DNA of 64,000 bases from Botryllus schlosseri. Taxonomy: Eukaryota. This document shows, piece after piece, positions 53,070 to 64,000 of the stretch (positions are counted from its first letter, which is position 1; every line of letters begins with the position of its first letter). Where the stretch lies: contig CM119378.1 in assembly GCA_051294905.1 (NCBI GenBank), forward strand, positions 868,001 to 932,000, written 5' to 3'. A program made the translations under genes and the position numbers. The notes beneath the pieces were generated by a model, which was not told where the DNA came from, did no database searches, and saw only the letters and a list, made by a program, of their open reading frames with translations.

Positions 53070-55084
53070 TTTTCTAGCACACCATAATAACAGCTCCTGC
53101 CAAGCCAAAGTCTGCTCGTAGTTAGCGTTAGCGTGTTGCGAAAAAGCTACTACTGTTGTAAAGTGCGTCATCAATTCTCCAGGGCCGACGGCTTGTTTTA
53201 GCAACTTTGACGCTTATGCGGCTGGAATGACGCTTTCTGACCGGATAAAGGACCTCGTGACGTTTCGAGGCCCGGATTACATCTGCCTGGTAGAAGCGCG
53301 TGTGCCGTGGTTGGCGGTGTTGGCAGAGTTTTCGCCAGTTACTAACACTCAGCACCGATTTCTTGCTTCTGTCCATTGGCTGGCTTTGTGGTGTTTTTAA
53401 GCAAACCTAGGCCTGCAATACTTACTTTGATATCGTTGCTTCAATTCGAGTACGAACGATGATTACTTTGACCACCTCTGCACTCGGCAGACGCTATATT
53501 CGCCGACACACAAAGGAATTTTAACACAGCGTACAAATGTTTGAGTTTGCCAATGTCTACCCACAAAGCCCGCTGTTTGAATAGAAACAGGCTACAGTTA
53601 CCAGAAATAAGTAAAACTCGAAACGAGACTAAAAGGTTGAAGCGATCGGCAGATTTCAGAATTATGCTCTAAATTCGGACAAGCGGTTCACAGCACGACG
53701 CTTTGACCTGAATATCGAATCTATTTCGAGCCCTGCGTCGCTCGCATCTAACAAAATGTGTTCGATCGGCTATTCGAAAAACGCGACAAAAGTCAATTTC
53801 GTTGCCGGCATACTTGTTATGCAGACAGGCACGTCGTGAATGTGCGTGTGCGCAACGGTACGGCTCGCATGACGTCATACTGCTATACATTGAATTGATA
53901 ATTATCGATTCGTTGAACGTTGAACGCATTTCTGATGCAGCACAGCGGCTTTGGCTGGATTTCGGTCACAAGCAACATCGATTGTTTAGATATCAGCTAG
54001 CGTTGGCGTGTGAGCGTAATCAGTGAAGCTTACTCTGAATCATTGGATACTTATGTCATGCCTGAAGAAGTTCTTGGAGACACATAACTTCAATTGACAA
54101 TTGAATAGTATATTCATATTGAAATAAAACCGAATATTCAGCTGACAGAACTTCACTTACACCATATCGTAGTCGCAATATTTTACAATGATTGTATCGA
54201 GCAATCGAGGTTTTATTGAGAGAGCCAGTAGCATAGTAGTTACCGCTTAGCAATGTAGACACACAAGATAAATCGGAATCGAAGTGTAGACAGCCGGCGG
54301 GTTGTGATGTGATGATGGTATTAGGACGTGAACGAATGCTGAAATTGTTCGTAACGGCGGTCACGTTGCACCAATTATTATCTCATAACGACTGTTTTGC
54401 GTTTCGTCTACGCCTCAGAACCAGAGTTTGGACTACTAGAAAATTTTCCGATCAGAATCAGAATCGTAGCTACACAGTTTTTTTTTCGACCTAGATTAGA
54501 GTGACTGTATTTGCAATGAATTCAATTCCGATTCCGAATTAGAAACACATACAACAATAATAATAATCAAGTACGGTTCGTATCAAATCAAGAGTTGAAT
54601 CTCATTAGCACGATAATGTCAAATGTCTATGCACCGAGCTTGGTTCGTTTCGCACTATACAATTCACCTGTAGCATTTTCATGAAAACCGGAAATTAGAT
54701 TAGATTTAAGTGAAAGTAGAGTAACATTTCCCAAGTAACATTAGAATTAGATCACCGGCATTCCGCTGTAATTACTCCAATTAGACAACTGATATTATCT
54801 AGTTACCCAAGTCCGCCCGGAATATAGTGATAGACACTCCTGTCGCTTTTCAGACAAGCTCCTGAAACCGTCACAATTTAGTCATTACGTTGTGTGTCAT
54901 TTTCGCGTGAAATGTCTCGCACACAATCGGAAGTAGGATTGACGAAATCACGGTAGTTCAATGAGGTTCCTTCGCATCTCCATCGTCAAAGCACCGCGTT
55001 GGTGCAGACGAAAATAAACTGCCGTCGTCCTAACAAATATGCCTCCATTTCTTGTGGTGAGACTCTTGGATGCATACAGAACTA

Positions 55085-55280
55085 CAGTATATTCGTATTG
55101 GAATAAACCCGAATATTTTCGGCTGGCTCTTGTCAGTGGTAATCGTCTGCAACTAATGGACACTAGACATACAATGTTCTTTCCAATTCTCAGCTAGTTG
55201 CTGACGAATGCGAAGATTACCCCCGACGAGTGTCAGCCGAAAATATTCCCGTTTATTTCAATATCAATGGATTATTCAAT
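55085..55280. mobile_element. Inverted pair of decayed Penelope pseudo-LTR/hammerhead fragments
   Basis: Both halves match 63487-63590 in opposite orientations, with mutated cores (CTGACAA, CCGACGA). More relics at ~51165-51270, 54105-54150, 55750-55840 and 62160-62210. Confidence 0.65.
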
Positions 55281-56040
55281 TGTATTTCTTGTGGATTGTC
55301 TACACCGCGAGCCAGCCTTTCACATACCGAGGTTGGCGCACCTAAGTATATTCAAATGTAGTCAAAGTTGTCATCGTTGGTACTCTAGTAGAAGTAAAAG
55401 TAATGTAAATTTCTACATAAGTACATGTAGAACTAGAGATTTCCGAGTAAGTAAAACAGGGAGTATTCTAAGCCAAGTTTTGGCAAAGAAACCGAAAATT
55501 GTGAAGTAAAAGTCTAAAATCAAAACCACTTGAGCAATCGTTGCTGTTTACGACCGAGATATTGAATAATACGCATTTTATGACAAAACATTTATCCTTT
55601 CACAATCAATCAAAATATCTCAGCCGAATATAGGAAAGTCGTTCGGGACGATAAAGATGTCTATCGCGTAGAATTGGAAGTATTTGAAGATACTCTTGGA
55701 AGTACAGAACTTCAATATACGATTGAATTATATATACATAATGAAATACTGTAAAACCGAATATTTTCGGCCGACACACGTCATGGTAATCGAGTGCCAT
55801 CCCAAAATATCAGGGTTTATTTCAATATGAATATATTATTCAATTATACAATATATAGAAGTGGTAGTAATATAAATACATGCATGCTTCGATGGGTAGA
55901 GGAAGCAGTCAACACTTACTCGAGTGCTCCGCAACAGTAAGAAGTAGAGGCGCTTCGTCACCAACCTCCGAGTGTTAGATTTAGAGGGCCGCCGTCTTAT
56001 AAGCAATGGTGTATTGTATTGTCGCAAAAAAATCAAAACA

Positions 56041-56997
56041 TCAACATAAAGAACTGTCCGACATGGAGGAATGATTCTTGGAAGCTTTCGGCTTGGAAGC
56101 CGTTGGCTCCCCGCACCGAAAAAGAAGAATCGATAAGTCCGGCATCGCAATTTCGATGTACTCCCTAGCCCGGTGATGTAGCGCGCTACCAAACGCCGTC
56201 CCGACGGCACAGTGCCACGTAGGGCCGAATTGTGATTCGAACCTTCGCTTCACACGTTCCGCGATATCTTCCTCCATTCGTAAATCGACGCAAGCTCGAA
56301 CGGCTATTTCTGCAGCCGCTTCTTCCATATCAGGCGGCATACTTGAAAACGTGATCATTTTCGACGAACCTTTGTTGGCCGGATGCAATAAATTACGCGC
56401 CATGTGTTGTTTTACTGTCCGTACCAGTTGTGCATCAACTTTAGGCCCTTCTTCGTACCTGTGCTGGCATACGAGCGCCATAATAGAGCTAATCGCAGCC
56501 AACAGCACCATATAGAAAGACGTTGAGTAGGCCACCGACAGACCTGCAGTGTGGAAGATATGCGTCGTTTTGGTCAATGTTGACGTCACGCTCACTCGAA
56601 ATATCGATATGAAGAACGTGAGGATGTTGAGAGCCGCTGAAAGCAGAGTTAAAAATGCGCGCGCTCTTTTCGACGAGATTTCTTTCAAAGCAGCGGACTC
56701 GCGGTCCTGGTCCGTGATCAAGACGAGAATCGCGAACTCGCAGATACCGGACGGTACCGCGCTGAGAAATGTAAACCATGCGAAATCAGTCTCTTGCCGA
56801 GTTAGAACTTCTCTTGAGGAATCGAATTCGTAGCATCCCAACGGCGGAGGTAAAGGCAGACAGTCTAGAAACGAAAGCTGGCTCCATTTGGCCCAACTAT
56901 TCTGTCTGAATGCCTCAAACGAAAGCACTATCGACAGGCCTCCGAATAACGCATTAAGGCCGTATTGAGTTTTGTCTTTCCCGCGGAAGAACTTCAT
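56041..56997 (-). CDS. Single-exon 318-aa protein: claudin/PMP22-like 4-TM domain + dynein light chain (LC8-type) domain
   Basis: First ATG at 56997. Four hydrophobic segments with W..C..C in loop 1 and YSTSFYM before TM4. The C-terminal SSMPPDMEEAAAEIA...EEDIAERVKRRFESQFGPTWHCAVGTAFGS.L.H....I......ILLFRCG matches LC8. Confidence 0.85.
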   Translation of the reverse strand: MKFFRGKDKTQYGLNALFGGLSIVLSFEAFRQNSWAKWSQLSFLDCLPLPPPLGCYEFDSSREVLTRQETDFAWFTFLSAVPSGICEFAILVLITDQDRESAALKEISSKRARAFLTLLSAALNILTFFISIFRVSVTSTLTKTTHIFHTAGLSVAYSTSFYMVLLAAISSIMALVCQHRYEEGPKVDAQLVRTVKQHMARNLLHPANKGSSKMITFSSMPPDMEEAAAEIAVRACVDLRMEEDIAERVKRRFESQFGPTWHCAVGTAFGSALHHRAREYIEIAMPDLSILLFRCGEPTASKPKASKNHSSMSDSSLC

Positions 56998-58634
56998 CGT
57001 CACTAGAACAAACTGACTGCAGTCGGAAATCTTTACAAAGGTTTTGCCATTACTACAAGCGGTATTGTGACGCGATAATACCAGCGGAAGCGGTTTCAAA
57101 TGTGCGCTTTTGACTAGAGCGGACGACTAGTAAATTTTCAGCTGCATCAAAATAGATTATATGAAATACAGCTACAGATTTTTCCAAATTCGATTAAAAG
57201 TACAATTACGGAATTCGCGAAAACTCAGATATCGAATTGAGTTCCTAATTAGAAAGAAATACGACAAAAATGAAGTTAAGACTATATCAAATCAGACTTC
57301 GTTCCCGTAAGCACGAGAATGGAAAATGTCTGTACGAAAAGCTTGGCTCGTTTCGCACTATACAATTCTCCTGTAGCATAATCAGGAAACCAGAAATTTC
57401 ATTACAAATAAAACGAGAGCATAGAAACATTTCGCAAATTAGATTAGAATTAGATTATCGGGATTTCGATCAATTAGTCCAATTAGACGAGCAGAATTAT
57501 CTAGTAGTCCAAGTGTGTAGAAATCCGTACGCTCAACTGCCGTTTTTCACACGCTCACGGAGAACCCACGCGAAAAATAAATCTCGGCGCTGCGGTTCGC
57601 GAAAATGAAAGCTATTTGTGGCCTGCGTTGCGTAATCCGGGCATATTTAGCTGAGCGCCTCGCTTTGTTGATGCTATTGAACAGAGTGTGAAGCCGTGAG
57701 ACTTCGAACGCATTTCACAGGCATCGCTGATAACGAGTGGGTTTCCCCGCGCTCCTTTGAGGTGCGAGATTGTCTGGCGTAGCGCGCGTGTAATCAATTT
57801 ACTCATTAGCGAAGTGAACGGCAACTTGATCCAATTATATTTATGTTTGTCATCGACGGTTTAGACGCCGCAACATATCAAATAGTAGCGCCACATTTTA
57901 TCCGCGCGTACGAATCAGCTAACGAAATGCCTGGTCTTCCATTGCTTTGTGACTTGATCATTGCTCCCAATACATAAGCAGAGGTGATCAGTCGAAGTAC
58001 TTCCGTTTTTTTACTACCTGCACAACTTGCGTGGTTATGTTTTAGAATAATTCCCTTTCTACAGAACAGTTTTTTACATGTTACATGAAGCAAAAGTATT
58101 TATGAGTGAAATAATGATAACAGCTGGGCGAAAATATAACATAACTGAATATTTTTTTAAAATTGTTTTTGTTATTCTTCAAATATTTTGCTATTTCCGA
58201 AGTAGCCACCTCTGATTAACTACTGAATGTATCCAACCCATCGTTGAAATCTACGTAGGAAACTACTTACTTGAGTGCTTTTTAGATCTTTATTACTTCT
58301 TCACTGGAAGTAGTTTTGAGATATATGTATTCAATTTCTACTTCTACAGTCTGTGATTGAACATACATTTATGGCGTTCCTTTACTTGTATTTCTATGTT
58401 AGTAGCAACACTGATTTCTTTTTCTCCAGTATCTAAGGTAGACAAGCACTCTCCTTAGACAGATTCGAATATTATCAGTCAGAGGTAGGCCTACTGTGTT
58501 TGTTCACCAAAACTGACAAAAGGCAAAGTAGAATTCTGTAGAGAGAGAGAAAAACATATTCATCTTCACAAAATAGAATAAATCAATCTTTTATGTGTCA
58601 GTTGTATTTTGAACTACCGGGGTAGGCTACGTAT

Positions 58635-59297
58635 CTGAGTTGACGCTTCTTCAATATACGCCCTAGATCGAAAAAGTCTTTCCCATGTCACCAGCAAGTG
58701 TTTCCCACGAACACGATAAAATTTTATAAACGGCAAACTAAATTGTTTTCTGCCTTTGGAGAGACGGTTATTAGGGTTGGATGTAGGTTAGGGTCAAAGT
58801 TGGGGTTAGGGTATCCCTAGATTAGGGTTGGGGAGGGGGTATTAAGGTTGGATGAGAAGAGGATATTAGGGTTGGGGGAGAGGGGATATTAGGGTTGGGA
58901 AGGGGGATATTAGGGTTGAATGTGGGTTTGGGTATCCCAAGATTAGCGTTGGGGAAGGAGGATATTAGGGTTGGAGGTGGGTTAGGGTATCCCAAGATTA
59001 GGGTTGGGTATATTGGGGTTGGATATCGTGTCCCTCACCCTCAAAACCTAATCTTGGGATACCCTAACCCACCTGTTACCCTAGCCCCAACCCTCTCCCT
59101 TAACCCTAATATCCCCCCTTTTACAACCCTAATATCCCCCTCTCCTCCAACCATAATATCTCCCCTCCTCCCACAAAGGCAAAAAAACAATTTATTTTGA
59201 CGTTTATATATTTTATTGTGTTCATGTGAAACATTTGTTGGTGTCATGGGGAGTACTGTTTCGATCTGGGGCGTATATCGAAGAAGCGCCTCGGAGT
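58635..59297. mobile_element. Palindromic MITE with degenerate TTAGGG/CCCTAA internal repeats
   Basis: Non-repetitive inverted ends ~58635-58760 / ~59170-59297 enclose ATTAGGGTTGG-type repeats that switch strand near 59030. Confidence 0.7.
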
Positions 59298-59646
59298 TTT
59301 TGTTAGTTTTCTTTTTTGCGATGATGAATAAATGTTCTCTCTTTCTCCAATTTTTCTCATGGTAGCTCATTTGCAATTCAAAAATTCGTATCATCAGTTA
59401 TAAGTTACTTGTGTTTCAGTTAGTTCCGTATTTTTAAAGGCTAGTTCTAGTTCTAGTTGCGAGTTTTGTGAAGCGAGTAGTTATTAGAGTTCTAGTCGCG
59501 AGTTTTGAAATGTCTGTAGTTTGTTCAATTCTATATTAATTGCCTTGTTTTGTTTTCAAAGATTTTGCTTAGTCATGTTAAGCTAGCGTAATTGCGCAAT
59601 GCATTGTTTGCCTCAACCGGCACACAGTGTGGCTTGACTCAAGACA

Positions 59647-62097
59647 ATGGGAGACAACCGCAACAACCGCTTTGGGCACCATGACGGGCATCCCAGTATG
59701 GGGGCTCTCATATCGGCGATGGAACAGCAGCAAAGCGGGTCATCTAGCCCCGTCATTTACCCAACATTGCACGATCATGTTAAAGCAATCATCGCGGCCA
59801 ACCCGAATTTAACAGAGACTGAAAAAGAGAGACTCATTGCAACATCAATGTTTCCAAACGTACCCGGGTCTAGTTATAGTAACCCTGGGTCTTTTTGGGG
59901 TTCAATGGGTGGATTACCGTTCAATTTAGGCATGCAACCGTTACCGATGTTACTACCGCAAACAACTATCCCCGGATATCCAAATATCTCACATTTAACT
60001 GCTGACAAAGTGGGTGCTGCTAACGGTTTGACTTACCCGGGACTGAATGCGATGTCGCCATTCTTAAAAATGCCAGGGTACCCACCTATGTTACCCGGTG
60101 GGAATATACCATCACTATTGCATAATCCTGCTGCGTTAGGAGCAGCGTACTCTCAATATTACCCTGGATTATTCCAGAGAATGCCTCAAACTCACCCGAA
60201 TGCAATGCTGAGGATGCCAATGAGTCGAACCCCACCCCCTCAATCCAGAAGTCCGGAAATTTCTACGATGAGGACAGAATCTCCGTTACATATAACTAAC
60301 AATCGGCCCCAAAGTTTACATTTGAAAGAAAACTTGCAGAGGAGATTGTCAGCCCCTAATTCGAACCATCAGTTTAGAACCCCGCCATATCCTGATGTCC
60401 TAGGGCCGTCGCCACCACAACCTACTGACGATAGGTCAAGATCTTCTGCGCATATTGACACAAAATCGATCGGAAAGAGAATACAAGATATTATCTCTCA
60501 AAACGAGAAAATCCTCTGCAGTCCGCAATTGGATCGTGTGAAACCGCGTCGCGTGACAAGGCGTAACAGCCTGGACACTTGTACTCTGACACCGTCAGCT
60601 GCTAAACACACCCCTCTCACCGCGACTCTGTCAGCCCCAAGATCTCTCGATAAGTATTCGCGCCCCGACAATCTGCTTGTACCTGGCAGATCTGACGTTT
60701 TGTCCGTACCCCACCATAACCCACGTCGAACTGATCCTAATCATGTCACGTACAGATGCGATTCATGTGGGGCTGTCTTTTCACAACATGAAACTTTGGA
60801 AATACACAGGCGTGAATACTGCCGCAACAGAGCTCGCGAGTCCCCGACTTTGCGAAGGAGCGTCATACAACACACTGAACCCACCCTCCTTGACCCCCAT
60901 TCTGACATCACAAGCAATGGGGGCCCGATCAGAAACATGACAAGGGACGCGTTGAGAAAAATGCACAGAGACCTGCACAGGGCAAAAAGTGCGGATTATG
61001 CTTTTGTAACAAAAAGTAACGAACCCGACAAAGACCAAACGAGTCTGACTTTACCTGAACCCCGCGTCGAACCCCCACTTCCTAAAACCCCACCCGCCAG
61101 AAGTTCAATCCCAACTAGCAAACTACCCCCTAAAAAGAAACAGCTGCAGTTGATGAGAAGCAACCCTCATTGTGGGACCTCAAACTCACCCGCCTCTGAT
61201 ATTTCCCCGACAGAAACCCCTCAATTAATATCAGAACCAAAGCTGCGACCCCCAAACTCCCTCCCGCTCGAACTCCTACAACCCCAAAACAACCCCCCAC
61301 GATGGGCACCCACATCGACTCCATCTCCGACCCAAAGTTTTGAGAGCTTGCCAATGATAGCCAGCCCCTCCCCTACTCATGACACAAGTCCGATATCACC
61401 CAAGTCACCGAAGTCTCCGAGTCGTCGCGCTTCCCCAAATCGTGGGTCACGATCACCCTCGCATTCACCCACCGGTAATCTGGAATCTACGATACCCAGA
61501 AGCAATTACAAACTGTTGCTTCACCAAATCAGTTTGCGGAATATGCAGGATATGGGATACTTGTCGGAAGCATATCATCATTCGAAAAATAAGGATTTAA
61601 AGCGAAACATCGCTTCTTTGCTCTGGACCTCCCCGAAGAGCGAAGGGCCCTCGAATAGGGGTCAAAAATTTCCGGGAGAAGTCCCAGACTTAGAAGAGCT
61701 TTATCCTGGCAAAGCTAAGTTGGCGAGAAGATTATCCCCAAACAAAGACACGCGTTTGAAAAATAACGATGCTACTAAACTCACACTAAGTCAATCGCAC
61801 AGTAGGCCTTATGAGAGCACTACACTTGAATCTCATACGAGCGTAACGCGCAGTCACAGTGTAGGAGCTAGTTCCGATATCAACAGCAATATAAAACAGT
61901 ATCTGCAGAATAAGAATCGGAATCAGCGGGCTGGGCAAGCCAAAGGTCACAAGCCTCTGACGAGGACTAACGCGAACGCACGGTACTTGATCAAGTCTGA
62001 CAACAGAGCTCAGCATGAGACGACACGTCAGATTTCAAGCAAAGCGCCGTTGCGATCTGCTAAATCTGCTGGTTCCTCAGCCGTGGAAAAAGTATCG
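59647..62097 (+). CDS. HIVEP: HIVEP/Schnurri-like zinc-finger transcription factor, large coding exon
   Basis: RIQDIISQNEKI...LDRVKPRR..RRNSLD, a single C2HC finger YRCDSCGAVFSQHETLEIHRREYC and KLPPKKK are HIVEP-family motifs in the expected order. Acceptor at 59561; phase-0 donor GTGAGT at 62098. Confidence 0.8.
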
Positions 62098-62189
62098 GTG
62101 AGTGACTTGTGCTGATTTGAACATTCAAATATTTCTCTGTTGAATAGCCTATTAGCCTATATTGATGTTGAAACTAACCCAAATATTTT

Positions 62190-62625
62190 CAGCTGCCACT
62201 TGTCGGAATCAAGTCTCAATTTTCCATTGACTCGAGTCATTTTCTTAAAAATTGAAAGTGACACAATTCAACTTGAGTCAATGAGTCTATATGATTATTA
62301 AAGTCTCGTATATCAGGAACGATGACAATTCAAAATAGTCAGTCTTTTAGCTGTTTGAATAAGCATATTTAGATTGAGAGAATTGAGTATATTATGAATC
62401 TCAGGCCTTCGATATTACCTACGAGTTTCATAGCAGCGAGTTGAACCTGACTGGAACTCAATACGGAACAGTAAACACAATGACTTGGACTCGGACTCGA
62501 GTCTTCACACTATGACTCGGACTCGACCCGTTACTCCATCACTTGGACTCGGACTTGACTCGAGTTAAGACTATACCGGTCGAATTGACTTGTGACTCAG
62601 AAACTTGTGACTTGGCTGCGACCCT
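62190..62625. mobile_element. GACTCGAGTC-repeat MITE relic in a HIVEP intron
   Basis: Same motif class as 1067-2925; ends degenerate. Confidence 0.5.
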
Positions 62626-63072
62626 GGCTTCTACTTTTTGTAACTTTTCCATACTTACACTGCTTACTAAAGCGATCATACTTTTAAACTACTTCCAAAA
62701 CTATTTGCTCTTCACACTATGGATTTTGTAAAGTTTAAATTATAGGATATGTTTTTATGAATGAAATTGTCATAATAACAAAGCAAAATAGCCCCATAAT
62801 CGTGGTAAATGAATATATTTTCAAAAATTGCACTCATTTATAGTATAATTGGTCATCGAACAGTTATGCAGTGTTTACTTGTGTGCTTTTCAGACGTTCA
62901 TGACGTACTAGAAGTAGTTTTGACGTGTCTTTAAAAGCATGTCTTCTACTTCAAATTGAGCAAAGCATACGGTATTACCCCTTTTTCTACTAGAGTAGCA
63001 ACGCTGATGGCTTTGACTATAATATTTATTATTTTATATTATGTATCATTATTTATTATTTCACCACAATAG

Positions 63073-63177
63073 GACTCTTTGAAGCGTTCGTCCTCGTGCA
63101 ACCCAGAATCTTTGCAAGAAATCCGTAAAAAGAGACAAAAATTGATCCCAATCTCGAGTCAATCTGCGACTTCCTTG
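63073..63177 (+). CDS. HIVEP: HIVEP-like gene, next exon
   Basis: AG | 105 nt DSLKRSSSCNPESLQEIRKKRQKLIPISSQSATSL | GTGAGC; phase 0-0, compatible with the preceding exon. Confidence 0.65.
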
Positions 63178-63242
63178 GTGAGCCCTGGCTTACAAACGAG
63201 AAAAGTTTCCTGAGTCAACCTATACATTTTCTGTGGTTTCAG

Positions 63243-63314
63243 TCTGCAATTTTGCCTGCAACCCTCGTCACTGCCAGCGTCCCGAAGAAAAAGGACACTC
63301 CTGTAGCGAAATCG
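63243..63314 (+). CDS. HIVEP: HIVEP-like gene, next exon
   Basis: TTTCAG | 72 nt SAILPATLVTASVPKKKDTPVAKS | GTGAGT after a 65-nt intron; phase 0-0. Confidence 0.65.
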
Positions 63315-63469
63315 GTGAGTGTGATTCTGTGTGTATCTGTATCAAGGCTGTAATTACTGGAGTCACAAACCTTACTTTGGCACTTCGGCTAAATAGAATT
63401 ACTTCAATTCTGACCATCTTTGGCTAAGAGTAAGAAAAAAGAGTATATTATGCGTGAGACTGATTCGTT

Positions 63470-64000
63470 TCACAAAAGCACGGTTAAATAGTATATTCAT
63501 ATTGAAATGAACCCGAATATTTTCGGCTGACACTCGTCAGGGGTAATCGTCAGCAACTAGTAGAGAATTGGAAAGAACATTGTATATCAACAATCGTATC
63601 ACAAAATATGACGTCACCAGCATGAAATTTCGAATGAGAGAGCGTTCAATGTACTATTTTTAGGTGATACACGAACTCCTTTTGTTGACAGAGTTTTGGT
63701 TGGTGTATTTTGATAAAAGTTGATTCCAAGGCACACAAATGGAATTGTGAACGGCCTCGACCTACGATTCGAAATTCGAATCGTAGGTCGAGGCCGTTCA
63801 CAATTCCATTTGTGTGCCTTGGAATCAACTTTTATCAAAATACACCAACCAAAACTCTGTCAACAAAAGGAGTTCGTGTATCACCTAAAAATAGTACATT
63901 GAACGCTCTCTCATTCGAAATTTCATGCTGGTGACGTCATATTTTGTGATACGATTGTTGATATACAATGTTCTTTCCAATTCTCTACTAGTTGCTGACG
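63470..64000. mobile_element. Palindrome of two head-to-head 3' ends of a second Penelope-like family
   Basis: Perfect inverted repeat centred on 63774 (63548-63773 / 63775-64000, running off the window). Each arm encodes IVGRGRSQFHLCALESTFIKIHQPKLCQQKEFVYHLKIVH*, homologous to the end of the 850-aa ORF. Confidence 0.9.
63511..63544 (-). ncRNA. Minimal type I hammerhead ribozyme (second Penelope family)
   Basis: Minus strand ACCC-CTGACGA-GTGTCAGCC-GAA-AATATT-C-GGGT, followed by caatATGAATATACTATTT, paralleling the ORF start of family 1. Confidence 0.78.

Noticed and set aside
56998..57099. N-terminal 34 aa of the 352-aa ORF call
   Set aside because: Begins at TTG; the first ATG is at 56997, just before TM1.
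58760..59170. Head-to-head telomere fusion site
   Set aside because: TTAGGG units are isolated and degenerate, and enclosed by non-telomeric inverted ends; a MITE explains them better.
62098..62115. Stop codon ending the 822-aa ORF
   Set aside because: A GTGAGT donor at 62098 and phase-compatible downstream exons indicate read-through into an intron.

Overview
This is AT-rich, intron-containing animal genomic DNA, not prokaryotic; a marine invertebrate such as a tunicate is my inference. It is dominated by nested transposons. Host-type genes: a HIVEP/Schnurri-like zinc-finger gene (+, starts 59647, runs off the window); a single-exon ORF (-, 56041-56997) that appears to join a claudin/PMP22-like four-TM domain to a dynein light chain (LC8) domain; two decayed TRIM-NHL (nhl-1-like) segments (-); and one isolated, intact 113-bp SLC6/SERT-like exon (+). 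Mobile DNA: a young partial-tandem Penelope-like element (RT + GIY-YIG, 850 aa) with a minimal hammerhead ribozyme in each pseudo-LTR; a second hammerhead-bearing Penelope family forming a perfect palindrome inside a HIVEP intron; a non-autonomous LTR element filled with a 43-bp minisatellite; four foldback-like elements with very long inverted arms (P-like with a 243-bp satellite, hATm-like, Sola2-like, and one whose two arms both carry a LINE); pogo and Chapaev-like transposase relics; L2/CR1-group LINE 3' ends; and many hAT-type MITEs with 8-bp TSDs. No CRISPR, rRNA or bona fide tRNA genes were seen. Family assignments come from recalled motifs, not database searches.
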